Notes: generated from the letters alone by a model not told the origin. Positions 20,698 to 31,868 are shown, numbered from the stretch's first letter. The stretch: DNA of 64,000 bases from a bacterium (GCA_963693055.1 OY843751.1:96001-160000), one strand, 5' to 3'. Made by a program: numbers and translations.

Positions 20698-21582
20698 GTG
20701 TCCACAACTGACCCGAAAAAAAAACGTTGGACTGTTCTCGAGTTGTTAAACTGGACTACCCAGTATCTTGAAGAAAAAAAGTTTGAGAATAGTCGTCTGA
20801 ATGTGGAAATGATGCTGGCCCATGTGCTGGGTTTTAAGCGGGTTGATCTGTATTTGAACTTTGACCGTCCCTTAACGCCTGAAGAACTGGCGAATTTCAA
20901 AATACTATTAAAAAGACGAACGGCCCATGAGCCGCTGCAATATGTTCTGGGGGAAACCGAGTTTATGGGGCTGCCTTTCAAAGTGGGGCCCGGTGTGTTG
21001 GTTCCCCGACCTGAAACTGAATTACTTGTAGATAAAGTGCTTGAATTAACAGGGCAGTATGATTCTCCCTGTTCAGTATTGGATGTGGGGACCGGTTCCG
21101 GTAATATCCCTTTGTCTTTGGCAAGTATGGCACCGGATTTAACAATTGTAACGACTGATATTTCTCAGGACGCTATTGCAATTGCCAAAGAAAACGCGGA
21201 ATTGCTGGATGTTGCAGACAGGGTTACGTTTTTACATCACGATGCTTTAAAGACCTGGCCTGTGGAATATAATCTGTATTTTGATGTTATAGTTTCAAAT
21301 CCGCCATATGTGTCTCGCACCGAATTTGATACTTTGCCACCTGAAATTAAGCATTTTGAGCCGGAAATTGCTCTGATAGCCGGTGAGGAAGGGCTTGATT
21401 TTTACAAACAATTTTTAGAAATTTCAAAAAGCCTGTTAAAAGAAAAGGGCACACTCTTTTTTGAGATCGGAGAGACACAAGCTAAAATTTTAGTCGATTT
21501 GTATGGCTCTCATGGATTTTCAGAGTGCCATGTACATAAAGATTTGGCTGATAAAGACCGAATCATTGAATTGATAAAATAA
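20698..21582 (+). CDS. prmC: Release factor glutamine methyltransferase
   Basis: EPLQY, PRPETE, DVGTGSG and SNPPY motifs; follows prfA. Confidence 0.96.
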   Translation: MSTTDPKKKRWTVLELLNWTTQYLEEKKFENSRLNVEMMLAHVLGFKRVDLYLNFDRPLTPEELANFKILLKRRTAHEPLQYVLGETEFMGLPFKVGPGVLVPRPETELLVDKVLELTGQYDSPCSVLDVGTGSGNIPLSLASMAPDLTIVTTDISQDAIAIAKENAELLDVADRVTFLHHDALKTWPVEYNLYFDVIVSNPPYVSRTEFDTLPPEIKHFEPEIALIAGEEGLDFYKQFLEISKSLLKEKGTLFFEIGETQAKILVDLYGSHGFSECHVHKDLADKDRIIELIK

Positions 21583-21596
21583 AGGAGATCATTTTC

Positions 21597-22976
21597 ATGA
21601 ACGTCAGTATTTTTCGGCAATATGATATTCGAGGTATTGTTGAAACCCATCTGCCTGATGATGTGGTATTAAATCTAGGAAAAGGCTATGGTACATTAAT
21701 GAGTAGACGTGGTCTCAAGACAGTGAATGTGGGTTATGATCTGCGCGTTTCTTCTCCGCATTTAGCAGATCTGTATATTCAGGGTGTTACCTCAACCGGA
21801 CTGGATGTTGTTGAAATTGGACAGGTAACAACGCCTACACTTTACTTTTCTATCGTACATTTGAATAGTGATGGTGGTGTAATGATTACCGGAAGCCATA
21901 ATCCTATTGCTTATAATGGTTTTAAAATGTGTGAAGGGATTGGAAGTGTTTTTGGTGAGGATATTCAGGAAATAAAACGTATAATTCTTGAAGAGGATTT
22001 TGTAACTGCAGAACCCGGCAATATTTCTCAGGTAGATGTGATGCCGGATTATCTAAAGATGCTAAAATCTAAATTTAATTTTAAAAAGTCACTCAAGATT
22101 GTTATCGATGCTGGTAATGCAACTGCCGGACCTATTGCACCGGATTTATGGAAAGACCTGGGTATGGAAGTGATTCCTCTGTATTGTGAACCTGATGGCA
22201 ATTTCCCCAATCACTTGCCTGATCCTGCTGTGCCCAAATATATGAAAGATCTTTGTGATTTGGTAGTTAAGGAAGGTGCAGATGTAGGTCTGGCCTATGA
22301 TGGTGATTCTGACCGGGTTGGCGCTGTTGATGAAAAAGGAAATTTGATTTATGCTGATACACTTTTAACATTGTTCAGCATTGATGTATTAAAACGCAAA
22401 CCCAATTCACAAATAATTTTTGATGTGAAATGTTCTCAAGCTGTTCCTGAAATGATAAAAAAACATGGCGGCAAACCCCTCATGTGGCAAACCGGGCATT
22501 CCATCATGAAAGCAAAAATGAAAGAAACCAAAGCACCTTTTGCGGGTGAATTGTCTGGTCATATATTTTTTGCTGATGATTTTTATGGGTTTGATGATGG
22601 TATTTATGCCTCAGGCCGGTTGTTGGAGATTCTTACAAACTCTGATAAAACATTTTCTGAACTTGTTGCAGAAATTCCGTCTTTTGAATCAACTCCTGAA
22701 ATTCGTGTAGAATGTTCGGATGAAGCCAAGTTTGATGTTGTTAAAGGCCTTGTTAAGGAGTTCAGTAAAGCGTATGAAACCATCGACATTGATGGCGCGC
22801 GTGTTGAATTTGGTGATGGCTGGGGACTGGTTCGGGCATCGAATACTGAGCCTACACTGGTTCTGCGCTTTGAAGCCAAAACAAAACAGAGATTAACAGA
22901 AATTATGAATTTATTTAAAGAAAAATTGTCAAATTATTCTGCAGTTGAATTTACTGACAGTGATTTTGAATTTTAA
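21597..22976 (+). CDS. Phosphomannomutase/phosphoglucomutase
   Basis: FRQYDIRG, ITGSHNP, DGDSDR, GELSGH and RASNTEP motifs. Confidence 0.95.
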   Translation: MNVSIFRQYDIRGIVETHLPDDVVLNLGKGYGTLMSRRGLKTVNVGYDLRVSSPHLADLYIQGVTSTGLDVVEIGQVTTPTLYFSIVHLNSDGGVMITGSHNPIAYNGFKMCEGIGSVFGEDIQEIKRIILEEDFVTAEPGNISQVDVMPDYLKMLKSKFNFKKSLKIVIDAGNATAGPIAPDLWKDLGMEVIPLYCEPDGNFPNHLPDPAVPKYMKDLCDLVVKEGADVGLAYDGDSDRVGAVDEKGNLIYADTLLTLFSIDVLKRKPNSQIIFDVKCSQAVPEMIKKHGGKPLMWQTGHSIMKAKMKETKAPFAGELSGHIFFADDFYGFDDGIYASGRLLEILTNSDKTFSELVAEIPSFESTPEIRVECSDEAKFDVVKGLVKEFSKAYETIDIDGARVEFGDGWGLVRASNTEPTLVLRFEAKTKQRLTEIMNLFKEKLSNYSAVEFTDSDFEF

Positions 22977-22991
22977 TTCAGGGAGTGAAAA

Positions 22992-23654
22992 ATGAAAAGA
23001 GTAACGCTTTTACTGGTTATTGCGGCCATGATGCTGGGTCTGGGTTGCGCCTCTACTTTGGGGGTATTCAAAGAACCTACTTCTGAAAATACCATGCTGG
23101 TTATTGGTCAAATTATCGTTGAAGATGATTACTATTCTGACGAAACAGGTGTCACATACGGTGGTTTGGAAGTGGCAATTGTGGGCAAGACAAATGATGG
23201 TAAAGAACTGGGTATCTGGACCAAATCTGATGAAAAAGGATACTTTGCTCTTGCAGATGTACCCATGGGTGAGTATGCAATCAAGGGTGTTCGTGGTATT
23301 ATTGGTCGCCCCAGTCGCGCTATTACTGTTACCAATCGTCTGCGTTTATCAACAGATCCATACCGTGTTGAAAATGCCGAGTCTCCCGTTCAGTTTACTG
23401 CACAATATTTTCCTTTTGAACCCAAAGGCAGAATTCAATCATTGCAGCATACTGTATTTAAATTAGATAAAATGAGTGGCAGTACAGGTCAAACAAAATA
23501 TGTCGTTAAACCAGCATTTACAGATTACAAGCTGGTTGATGGAACAGTTTTGAACGAAGGACCTGTTGAAGAATATTTTATTGAAAAATATCCTGAATCT
23601 GCCTGGACTAAATACCTTGAAGAAGTAAAAACAAATACTCGCTTCAGGAGATAA
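22992..23654 (+). CDS. Hypothetical lipoprotein
   Basis: Lipobox LGLGC after a hydrophobic signal; good RBS. Confidence 0.7.
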   Translation: MKRVTLLLVIAAMMLGLGCASTLGVFKEPTSENTMLVIGQIIVEDDYYSDETGVTYGGLEVAIVGKTNDGKELGIWTKSDEKGYFALADVPMGEYAIKGVRGIIGRPSRAITVTNRLRLSTDPYRVENAESPVQFTAQYFPFEPKGRIQSLQHTVFKLDKMSGSTGQTKYVVKPAFTDYKLVDGTVLNEGPVEEYFIEKYPESAWTKYLEEVKTNTRFRR

Positions 23655-23664
23655 GCAGGTTATA

Positions 23665-25752
23665 TTGCAAAAAAACATTCTAGATTTTTTTAAATCTAAT
23701 CCCTCGGGTATGTACAAAACCAAAGATATTTCAAGAAAATTAAACATACCCAAACATAAATACATGCAGTTACGCGATGCTTTGCGTCAGCTGGTTCGCG
23801 ACGGTCAACTGATCAAGCTTAAAAAGAACAAGTTTGCTCTGGCATCGACCAATGCGGAAATAGTTGGAAAACTACATGTAAATTCTCAGGGATATGGTTT
23901 TGTAAGCCGCGAAGATGGTGAAGATATTTTTATAAGCCAAAAGAATATGAGCCTGGCGCTGCACAATGATGTTGTGCAGGTCAGGCTTTTTGCTACATCG
24001 CGGGGTAAAAGTCCGGAAGGAATGATACTCAAAGTTGTAGAACGTGTACATAATAAAATTGTGGGTACGTTTATACAGGGCAAGTACTACAGCTATGTTG
24101 TTCCCGATGATCTGAAATTTAACCGTGATATTGTTATTGCCCATGGTGAGGAACAAGGCGCCAATGATGGTGAAAAAGTGGTGGTCACAATAGCCGATTG
24201 GGAACATCACCAACTTAATCCTGCCGGTAAAATTGTAGAAATTTTGGGACCACCGGACAAGGCTGGCGTTGATATTTTATCGCTGGTTCATCATTACAAT
24301 CTTTCCGAAACCTTTCCGGACAAGATTATGGCAGATGCTGAGAAAATACCGGATGATATTCCAGCCAAAGAACTGGAACGCCGCCTGGATCTGCGTAATG
24401 AAATCGTGTTTACCATTGATCCGGAAGATGCCAAAGATTTTGATGATGCAATTTCTTTGAAACGTCTTGATAACGGTAATATGCTCCTGGGTGTGCATAT
24501 TGCTGATGTAAGCTATTATGTGCATTCTAATAGCGATCTGGATCGTGAAGCTTTGGAACGGGGTACGTCGGTATACCTGGTAGACCGTGTTATACCCATG
24601 CTGCCAGAGCGAATCTCGAATCATCTTTGCAGCCTTGTAGAGGGTAAAGATCGTCTGTGTTACAGTGTTATGATGGAGCTTCGGCCCAATGCCGATATGG
24701 TTTCCTTTGAGATCAAAGAATCTGTTATTCACAGTCACAAGCGTCTAACTTATCAGCAGGCTCAGCATATTATGGATGGCAAGCTGGAAAGTGACCTGGC
24801 ACCGGTATTGAAAGATATGCATGCTGTCTATAAAAAGCTGCTTGTAAAACGTGATAAACGTGGCGGAGTTGATTTTGACAGCCTGGAAATCTATATTGAT
24901 TTGGATGAGCAGGGTCACCCTACTAGTATTCGTCGTCGTGAACGATTGGACGCACACCGTTTAATTGAAGAGTTTATGCTGCTTGCCAATGAAACCGTTG
25001 CAAGCTTTGTAGGTGATAAGGTCAAGCAGGAAACTGGGAATGCGCTTCCATTTGTTTACAGAATTCATGACGTTCCCAGCGAAGAAAAGATAACAGAATT
25101 GATCAATTTGATCAAAGCTTTTGGATACAATACAAAACCTCCTAAAAAAATTACACCACAGTTTTTTCAAAAACTGTCAGAGATGTTTAAAAAGAACCAG
25201 TCCGCAGTGATTTTGCAGGACAGTCTGATCCGATCCATGATGAAAGCGCAATATAGCACCAAGAATGTAGGTCATTTTGGTCTTGCATATTCTTTTTATA
25301 CGCATTTCACATCACCCATTCGAAGATATCCGGACTTGTTGGTGCATCGCCTTTTGAAACGCTACACGGTCAGACAGGAGCCGTTTATCAATCAAAAAGA
25401 ATTACAGCGATTATGTGTAATGTGTTCTGATAGAGAGGTTCAGGCAGTTGAGGCAGAACGGGCTTCTGTCAAACTCAAGCAAACCGAGTTTATGGAGCGG
25501 CATTTGGGTTCCGAGTTTTCCGGTTTTATTACACGCTTGTTGCCTTTTGGCTTTTTTGTTGAAATTCCGGAACTGTTGGTTGATGGATTGGTACATGTTA
25601 AAACCATGGACGATTATTACGTTCTGGATGAGAAAAAATATAAATTTGTTGGCAGGGCCTCTGGCAAGTCATACAAGCTGGGTGACAAGGTCACAATCCG
25701 TGTTAGCCATGTTGAAAGGAATGAGCGAATTATTGATTTTGTTTTGGTTTAA
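23665..25752 (+). CDS. rnr: Ribonuclease R
   Basis: TIDPEDAKDFDDA, HFTSPIRRYPD, C-terminal S1 domain. Confidence 0.96.
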   Translation: MQKNILDFFKSNPSGMYKTKDISRKLNIPKHKYMQLRDALRQLVRDGQLIKLKKNKFALASTNAEIVGKLHVNSQGYGFVSREDGEDIFISQKNMSLALHNDVVQVRLFATSRGKSPEGMILKVVERVHNKIVGTFIQGKYYSYVVPDDLKFNRDIVIAHGEEQGANDGEKVVVTIADWEHHQLNPAGKIVEILGPPDKAGVDILSLVHHYNLSETFPDKIMADAEKIPDDIPAKELERRLDLRNEIVFTIDPEDAKDFDDAISLKRLDNGNMLLGVHIADVSYYVHSNSDLDREALERGTSVYLVDRVIPMLPERISNHLCSLVEGKDRLCYSVMMELRPNADMVSFEIKESVIHSHKRLTYQQAQHIMDGKLESDLAPVLKDMHAVYKKLLVKRDKRGGVDFDSLEIYIDLDEQGHPTSIRRRERLDAHRLIEEFMLLANETVASFVGDKVKQETGNALPFVYRIHDVPSEEKITELINLIKAFGYNTKPPKKITPQFFQKLSEMFKKNQSAVILQDSLIRSMMKAQYSTKNVGHFGLAYSFYTHFTSPIRRYPDLLVHRLLKRYTVRQEPFINQKELQRLCVMCSDREVQAVEAERASVKLKQTEFMERHLGSEFSGFITRLLPFGFFVEIPELLVDGLVHVKTMDDYYVLDEKKYKFVGRASGKSYKLGDKVTIRVSHVERNERIIDFVLV

Positions 25753-25769
25753 ATTTTTTTGAGAATATT

Positions 25770-26471
25770 ATGAACAGCTATGCTACATCTTTGATTTCTA
25801 CTACAATGATTGCTGAAAATACTATAGAATTGAATTTCAAGCGTCCAGAATCATTTGATTTTCAGGCGGGTCAGCATATTAATATAAAATTACCGCAATT
25901 GATGTATGATGATAAAAAAGGGCCGCGCAGGACCTTTACCATTGTGTCGTCACCTGCGGATTCGGTTCTTCGTATTGCTACCCGTTTGAGTGATAGCGGA
26001 TTCAAAAAAACTATTATAGATCTCTCTCCGGATACCGAACTTGAATTTATGGGTCCTATGGGAAATATGGTATATAATACTGATAAACCCTCTGTATTTA
26101 TTGCAGGGGGAATTGGTATAACACCATTCAAGAGCATGATTACAGAATTATTGGAAAATAATGCGTTTGACAAGCCAATCAGACTGATTTATTCTAATAA
26201 AAAACAGAATACGGCAGCGTTTCATTCGTTTTTCAACGATATTGAAAACAGTGCGTTTATATATAATTCAATTATGACAAATGATGATACATGGGATGGC
26301 GAAAAAGTAAAAGTTGATTATGATTATTTGAAAAAAATGATTGATAGCATCAATGATAACGTCTTTTATCTGTGTGGTCCTCCACAAATGGTTCAGGAAT
26401 TGACCGGAACTCTGAACAACCTGGGTGTGGAAAAAGAGAATATTCTTTCCGAATCCTTTTTTGGATATTGA
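25770..26471 (+). CDS. FAD/NAD(P)-binding oxidoreductase (ferredoxin-NADP reductase-like)
   Basis: FQAGQH, RTFT, IAGGIGITP, YLCGPP and ESFFGY motifs. Confidence 0.88.
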   Translation: MNSYATSLISTTMIAENTIELNFKRPESFDFQAGQHINIKLPQLMYDDKKGPRRTFTIVSSPADSVLRIATRLSDSGFKKTIIDLSPDTELEFMGPMGNMVYNTDKPSVFIAGGIGITPFKSMITELLENNAFDKPIRLIYSNKKQNTAAFHSFFNDIENSAFIYNSIMTNDDTWDGEKVKVDYDYLKKMIDSINDNVFYLCGPPQMVQELTGTLNNLGVEKENILSESFFGY

Positions 26472-26567
26472 TCTGATTTAGGTTACAATTATTAACAAAT
26501 GCTGCGGTAATTCTTCTTGATAGATTCAAGATTGTTTATTAATTTGTTTACTATTTAAATAAAATAA

Positions 26568-29500
26568 ATGATCGATATGGAAGAAATGAAAATACGAGCA
26601 GGATTAGATATTGGCGCCATCAGCGCAAAATTGGTTGTGTTGGCGCCCAAAGGAGAAGAGCATGCTTTTTCTGAAAATTTTCAAAAACATACAAATTCAA
26701 TAGTTTTAAATGATATACCTCATGGAATATGGTTTGCTGACCCCATCCGTACATATGGAGATGTTGTTAAATCTGCCAGGCAGGCATTGTCTGCATTATC
26801 ATTTTTTAAAGACTTTTCTTTAGAGCTAAGTATTACCGGCTCTCAGGGAAAACTGGTATCAGATATATTAAAAGCTCCCTATGTGAACGAATTTAAATGT
26901 ATTGGCAAAGGCACATCTTTTTTCGAACCTAATGTAAGCACAATTATTGAAATTGGTGGCGACAAGTCCCGCTACCTGCGCGTTGTTTGTGATAAAGATA
27001 CTGATAAAGTGACAATTTTGGATTATGAGCGTAATGGAGATTGTGCCGCCGGTACGGGATCGTTTATTGATCAGCAGGCAGAACGTTTGGGTATTCCCAT
27101 AACCGAGATTGGCGATCTGGTAATGACAGCAGACGCAACTGCCAATATTGCGGGAAGATGCTCTGTGTTTGCCAAGTCAGACATGATACATGCGCAGCAA
27201 AGGGGTTTTTCGCCCGCGGCTATATTTAAGGGCTTGTGTGAGGCGGTTGTTCGAAATTATAAAGGCACGGTAATGCGTGGTAAAGCCCTTGAGCCGGGTG
27301 TGGTGTTTGTTGGCGGACTTGCCGCAAACCGGGGTGTTGTGCAGGCAATGCATGATATTTTTAAACTGGATGAACTGGTTGTGCCCGATTTTCCCATGCA
27401 TGTTGCCGCACTGGGCTGCGCATTGCTTGAGCAATCCACAGAGATTAAAAGCGATCAAATAGATTCACTTTTTGGATCGTATATCAACCTCAATTTGCTG
27501 CCCCGAACCCGAAAGCTTGATTCAGCAATGGTTAACATAAACCATGATGCAGGTTTTACCAGCGAAGAGAACAGCCAGTCCATTGCCGCTTATTTGGGTT
27601 TGGATATTGGGTCTGTCAGTACAAACTTAGTATTGTTGGATAAAGACAGCCAGGTATTGGATTCCGTTTATACCCGAACCGAGGGAAAACCCATTGAGGT
27701 GGTCTTGCGGGAATTGGCGCTTTGGGATAAAAAATGGGGCAAACGTGTTGAGATTTTGGGTGTGGGAACTACCGGGTCAGGACGTGAGCTGATTGGAGAG
27801 TTGACCGGTGCAGACGCAGTTAATGATGAAATTACAGCACATAAAACCGGAGCCGTGACCATTGCGAAAATTCTGGGTCAGGAAAAAGTAGATACTATTT
27901 TTGAGATTGGCGGCCAGGATTCCAAGTTTATCTCCATTCAGGATGATATTGTTGTAGATTTTACCATGAATGAAGCATGCGCTGCGGGTACAGGTTCCTT
28001 TCTGGAGGAACAAGCTTCTAAAATGGGTATTTCCATTAAAGAAGAGTTTGCGGATCTTGCCATGAGCTCGGAATCTCCGATTAAAATGGGAGAGCGCTGT
28101 ACTGTTTTTATGGAAAAAGATGTAACCGCGTTTCTACAGCAGGGAATTCCTAAAAATGATATTTGTGCGGGGCTTTCTTTTGCGGTGGTATATAATTATT
28201 TGAATCGGGTGGTAAGAGACCGAAAAATTGGTGATCATATTTTCTTTCAAGGCGGTACCGCATACAACAAGGCGGTTTCTGCAGCTTTTGCTACGGTTTT
28301 GGATAAAAAGATTACCATACCTCCCTTTAATGGTGTTGTGGGTGCGGTAGGTGCCGCGCTTTTGGCAAAAGAAAAAATGCAATCTCAACCAGGCCCTTCC
28401 CGGTTCAGAGGATTTGATCTTTCAAAAGTAGATTTCAAGGTGCGCAACATCCGCTGTAAAGCATGCTCAAACCAGTGCGATGTGCAGGAATGTACCGTTG
28501 AAGGCGAAAAAACCTACTGGGGAGACAAGTGCTCTGATCGATTTAGAAAAAAAGTAAAGTTTGAACAAAAACCGGTTATTCCGGATTTGATAAAAACATA
28601 TAATGATTTGCTGCTGCAAGACATGCCGGGCCCGGATGGTTTGGGTGTACGAATAGGCGTGCCCCGGACCATGTATTATTACGATCAGTTTCCTTTTTGG
28701 CGTACCTATTTTGCTTATCTGGGAGCTGAACTTGTGTTGTCTGACATTACTCACAAAAGTATTGTCAAGCAAGGGCGGGAACTTGCTATTGCTGATCCCT
28801 GTTTTCCTATCATTGCCGCGCATGGGCATTTTATGGATCTGCTGGATAAAGATGTGGATTATATCCTGTCTCCCAATATTGTGAATGCTCAAACAGAGTT
28901 CCCGGAAAAAGAATCCTGGTATTGCCCGTGGGAACAAACCGTTCCCTATGTGATAAAGTCTACGATTTATGACCAGAGAATAATAGACAAAATGCTCATA
29001 CCGGTTATTCGATATCGAAAAGGGATGGATTATATAAAAAGGACCATGCACCCATTTGCTAAAAAACTGGGTGCATCGGTTAAAAACAGCGACAAGGCGG
29101 TTGATCTTGCATTTGCTGCCCAATCCAGCTTTGAAAAACAGATAAAGCAGATCGGGCGTTCTGTTTTATCCTCATTGCAAGGCCACAAAGCCGTAGTGCT
29201 ATTGGGCCGTCCTTATAATTTATTTGATTCAGGAATCAACTTGAATGTACCGGACAAATTGCGTGATCAGTATGGGATGAACATTATTCCCATGGAGTTT
29301 TTGCCCTTTGAAAATATAGATATACACGAGTACCATGAAAACATGTTTTGGAATTATGGTCGCAAGATCATGCAGGCAGCCACGTTTACTGGTCAGCAAG
29401 CAGGCTTTTCTGCTATTTATATTACCAATTTTAAATGTGGCCCCGATTCTTATATTAAACATTTTGTGGGTGACAGTTTAGGAGCACCCTATTTGACATT

Positions 29501-29627
29501 ACAGTTTGATGATCACAGTAACGATGCCGGAATTATGACACGTTGCGAAGCCTTTTTGACCAGCAAAGGGTTGTTATCTCATCCAAATGCATCTATCAAG
29601 AATACGTTAGAGTCCCGGAAAGTTTAA
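26568..29627 (+). CDS. Double CoA-activase (BcrAD/BadFG ATPase x2) plus 2-hydroxyacyl-CoA dehydratase-like domain; PlsA/Ger-like
   Basis: Two GLDIG...EIGGxxS...CAAGTGSF...RC(S/T)VF modules; CKACSNQC; PCFP; NFKCGPDS. Confidence 0.85.
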   Translation: MIDMEEMKIRAGLDIGAISAKLVVLAPKGEEHAFSENFQKHTNSIVLNDIPHGIWFADPIRTYGDVVKSARQALSALSFFKDFSLELSITGSQGKLVSDILKAPYVNEFKCIGKGTSFFEPNVSTIIEIGGDKSRYLRVVCDKDTDKVTILDYERNGDCAAGTGSFIDQQAERLGIPITEIGDLVMTADATANIAGRCSVFAKSDMIHAQQRGFSPAAIFKGLCEAVVRNYKGTVMRGKALEPGVVFVGGLAANRGVVQAMHDIFKLDELVVPDFPMHVAALGCALLEQSTEIKSDQIDSLFGSYINLNLLPRTRKLDSAMVNINHDAGFTSEENSQSIAAYLGLDIGSVSTNLVLLDKDSQVLDSVYTRTEGKPIEVVLRELALWDKKWGKRVEILGVGTTGSGRELIGELTGADAVNDEITAHKTGAVTIAKILGQEKVDTIFEIGGQDSKFISIQDDIVVDFTMNEACAAGTGSFLEEQASKMGISIKEEFADLAMSSESPIKMGERCTVFMEKDVTAFLQQGIPKNDICAGLSFAVVYNYLNRVVRDRKIGDHIFFQGGTAYNKAVSAAFATVLDKKITIPPFNGVVGAVGAALLAKEKMQSQPGPSRFRGFDLSKVDFKVRNIRCKACSNQCDVQECTVEGEKTYWGDKCSDRFRKKVKFEQKPVIPDLIKTYNDLLLQDMPGPDGLGVRIGVPRTMYYYDQFPFWRTYFAYLGAELVLSDITHKSIVKQGRELAIADPCFPIIAAHGHFMDLLDKDVDYILSPNIVNAQTEFPEKESWYCPWEQTVPYVIKSTIYDQRIIDKMLIPVIRYRKGMDYIKRTMHPFAKKLGASVKNSDKAVDLAFAAQSSFEKQIKQIGRSVLSSLQGHKAVVLLGRPYNLFDSGINLNVPDKLRDQYGMNIIPMEFLPFENIDIHEYHENMFWNYGRKIMQAATFTGQQAGFSAIYITNFKCGPDSYIKHFVGDSLGAPYLTLQFDDHSNDAGIMTRCEAFLTSKGLLSHPNASIKNTLESRKV

Positions 29628-29630
29628 AAT

Positions 29631-30866
29631 ATGTCGAAATCTTTAAAAGACCGTACATTATATATACCACAAATGTCATATGTTGGTTCGCGTTGTATGG
29701 CGGCCGCATTCAAGTCGCTGGGAGTAGATGCAAAGCCTTCTCCTGAAAGCGATATGCATACATTGGAACTTGCACGCCAATATTTGTCTGGCGACGAGTG
29801 CCTTCCCGAAGCTATTACATTGGGAAATTTCCTCAAAGTAACGCAATTACCAGAATATGATCCAGACAAAACCGCTTTTTTACTGCCAACGTCGAACGGA
29901 CCCTGCCGTTATGGGCATTACCTGCCTTTGGCACGTAGGGTGTTCAAAGAGCGCGCTGAAGATGTTTTGATCTTTGCCCCAACCAGTTACAGCGGTTATA
30001 ACGATATTCAAACCGGAAGTGCCGGATTTTTGCGAACCGCGTGGATGGCTGTTGTTTGTTCTGATATTTTGCGCAAACTCCAGTTAAAAACACGTCCTTA
30101 TGAATTAGAACCCGGAACAACAGACAAGGTGTTTGATGAATCACTTGATCGTGTCTGTAATGCCGTAGCTCTGCAGGATGTCAGTCTGCGGGTTCGTGCA
30201 AATGCCATTCTGGATGCTTTGAAACAAAGCCGGGACCAGTTTAGAAAGATCAAGGTTGATAAATCTCAAAAAAAAGTTTTAATAGGTATTGTCGGCGAGA
30301 TCTTTTGTCGTTTGAATGATTTTAGTAATGATTATATTATAAAAAAAATAGAATCCCTTGGTGGTGAAGCCTGGATGTCTGATGTTTCGGAATGGGTATG
30401 GTACACCAATGACGAAGAGCGTGTCCGCTTGGAGAGACAAGGCAAGCGTTTTTCCATGGACATGCTGAAATGCCGCCTGCGCCAGCAGGTTATGCATTGG
30501 GATGAGAATCCGTTGCTGAAACTGGTAAAAAAGGATTTTGTGGGATATGAAGAACCCCACCATGTTTTGGAATTGTTGAACCGTAGTGAGCCCTATTTGC
30601 CTCGTGATGGGTCACATGGAGAGATGGTGATGAGTGTGGGGAGGACTATCTGGTATCATGAAAAAGGTGCTGCCGGAGTTATTGATATTAGTCCGTTTAC
30701 CTGTATGAATGGTATCATTACCGAAAGTGTGTACCCAAAACTTGGCAGAAATTTGGATGATTATCCCATCAGGGTGTTTTATTTTGATGGCACTCAAAAC
30801 AATCTGGATAGTGATCTAGAGATATTTATGGAACTTGCAGATGCATATCAGAAACGTAAAGAATAA
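29631..30866 (+). CDS. 2-hydroxyacyl-CoA dehydratase-like reductase subunit; PlsR-like
   Basis: GDECLP, GPCRYG, GIVGEIF and PFTCMNG motifs; immediately after the PlsA-like gene. Confidence 0.8.
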   Translation: MSKSLKDRTLYIPQMSYVGSRCMAAAFKSLGVDAKPSPESDMHTLELARQYLSGDECLPEAITLGNFLKVTQLPEYDPDKTAFLLPTSNGPCRYGHYLPLARRVFKERAEDVLIFAPTSYSGYNDIQTGSAGFLRTAWMAVVCSDILRKLQLKTRPYELEPGTTDKVFDESLDRVCNAVALQDVSLRVRANAILDALKQSRDQFRKIKVDKSQKKVLIGIVGEIFCRLNDFSNDYIIKKIESLGGEAWMSDVSEWVWYTNDEERVRLERQGKRFSMDMLKCRLRQQVMHWDENPLLKLVKKDFVGYEEPHHVLELLNRSEPYLPRDGSHGEMVMSVGRTIWYHEKGAAGVIDISPFTCMNGIITESVYPKLGRNLDDYPIRVFYFDGTQNNLDSDLEIFMELADAYQKRKE

Positions 30867-30869
30867 ATT

Positions 30870-31868
30870 TTGGAGTTAGAAATGGCCCCCGTTGAAAAGT
30901 TTACCAGTGAAATGGCTTTTGATAAAGCATCGGGTTGGGATGTTGTATTTTTAGAGCATGTTGTTAAATACCCTGAATTGTGCAAAAGTGTTGGCATTGT
31001 GCCCAAAGCGGGTTCAAATTTGTTTTCCTTTAAGCTGGGTGACCACGAAGCATTGTTTCAAGCACCCGAGATGAAAGAACTCAAGAGTCGTAATTTTGGA
31101 ACACCGGTATTGTATCCTTCACCGGGACGAATGAAAGACAGCCAGTTTACGTTTAATAACGAGATTTTTAAATTTACTCCCAACTGGAATGAACATTTTA
31201 TACATGGATTTGTTCATAATATTCAATGGTATTTCAAAAAACCCAAGTCATCACATCGGGGTGCGGAGTTAGAAACTTATCTGGATTTTGAACCGGGTGA
31301 AGCTTTGTATTTCCTCTGGCCGTTTCATCACCGTATTTCACAAAAATACCTGTTGAATGCATCAGGACTTTTCATAACCATTAGTGTTGAAAATTTTGAT
31401 AAGCGTCCCATGCCTTTTGGTTTTGCTCTGCATCCGTTTTTCAATATCCCGGGAACCAAGGAAAACACTTTTCTGAGTGCTCCCGCTCAAAAGCATATGT
31501 TGTTAGATGGATTAATGCCCACAGGCGAAATGGAAAGTATGGACCAGTTTTCGCCAGATATCCGTTCAGAACAGCCTTTAAACATCCTGCCACTGGATGA
31601 TGTGTTTTGGGGATTTGGCGAGGGTGATGTATGCTGGTGGGAAGCCCGTGATGCCGGCATCCGTTTTACCATGGAAGCGTCTGACGAGTTTACGCATATG
31701 GTTATTTATTCACAGCCGCCGGATTGTTTTTGTATGGAAAACCAAACCTGTTCACCAGACGCGCACAATCTGTATGCAAATGGATATAAAAAAGAATCAA
31801 ACTTGTTAATCGTGGAACCGGGTGAGAAAAAACAAATGTGGATTAAATACGATCTAAACTATTTATAA
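30870..31868 (+). CDS. Aldose 1-epimerase family protein
   Basis: PVLYPSPGR, IHGFV, FALHPFF and FCMENQT motifs. Confidence 0.85.
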   Translation: MELEMAPVEKFTSEMAFDKASGWDVVFLEHVVKYPELCKSVGIVPKAGSNLFSFKLGDHEALFQAPEMKELKSRNFGTPVLYPSPGRMKDSQFTFNNEIFKFTPNWNEHFIHGFVHNIQWYFKKPKSSHRGAELETYLDFEPGEALYFLWPFHHRISQKYLLNASGLFITISVENFDKRPMPFGFALHPFFNIPGTKENTFLSAPAQKHMLLDGLMPTGEMESMDQFSPDIRSEQPLNILPLDDVFWGFGEGDVCWWEARDAGIRFTMEASDEFTHMVIYSQPPDCFCMENQTCSPDAHNLYANGYKKESNLLIVEPGEKKQMWIKYDLNYL

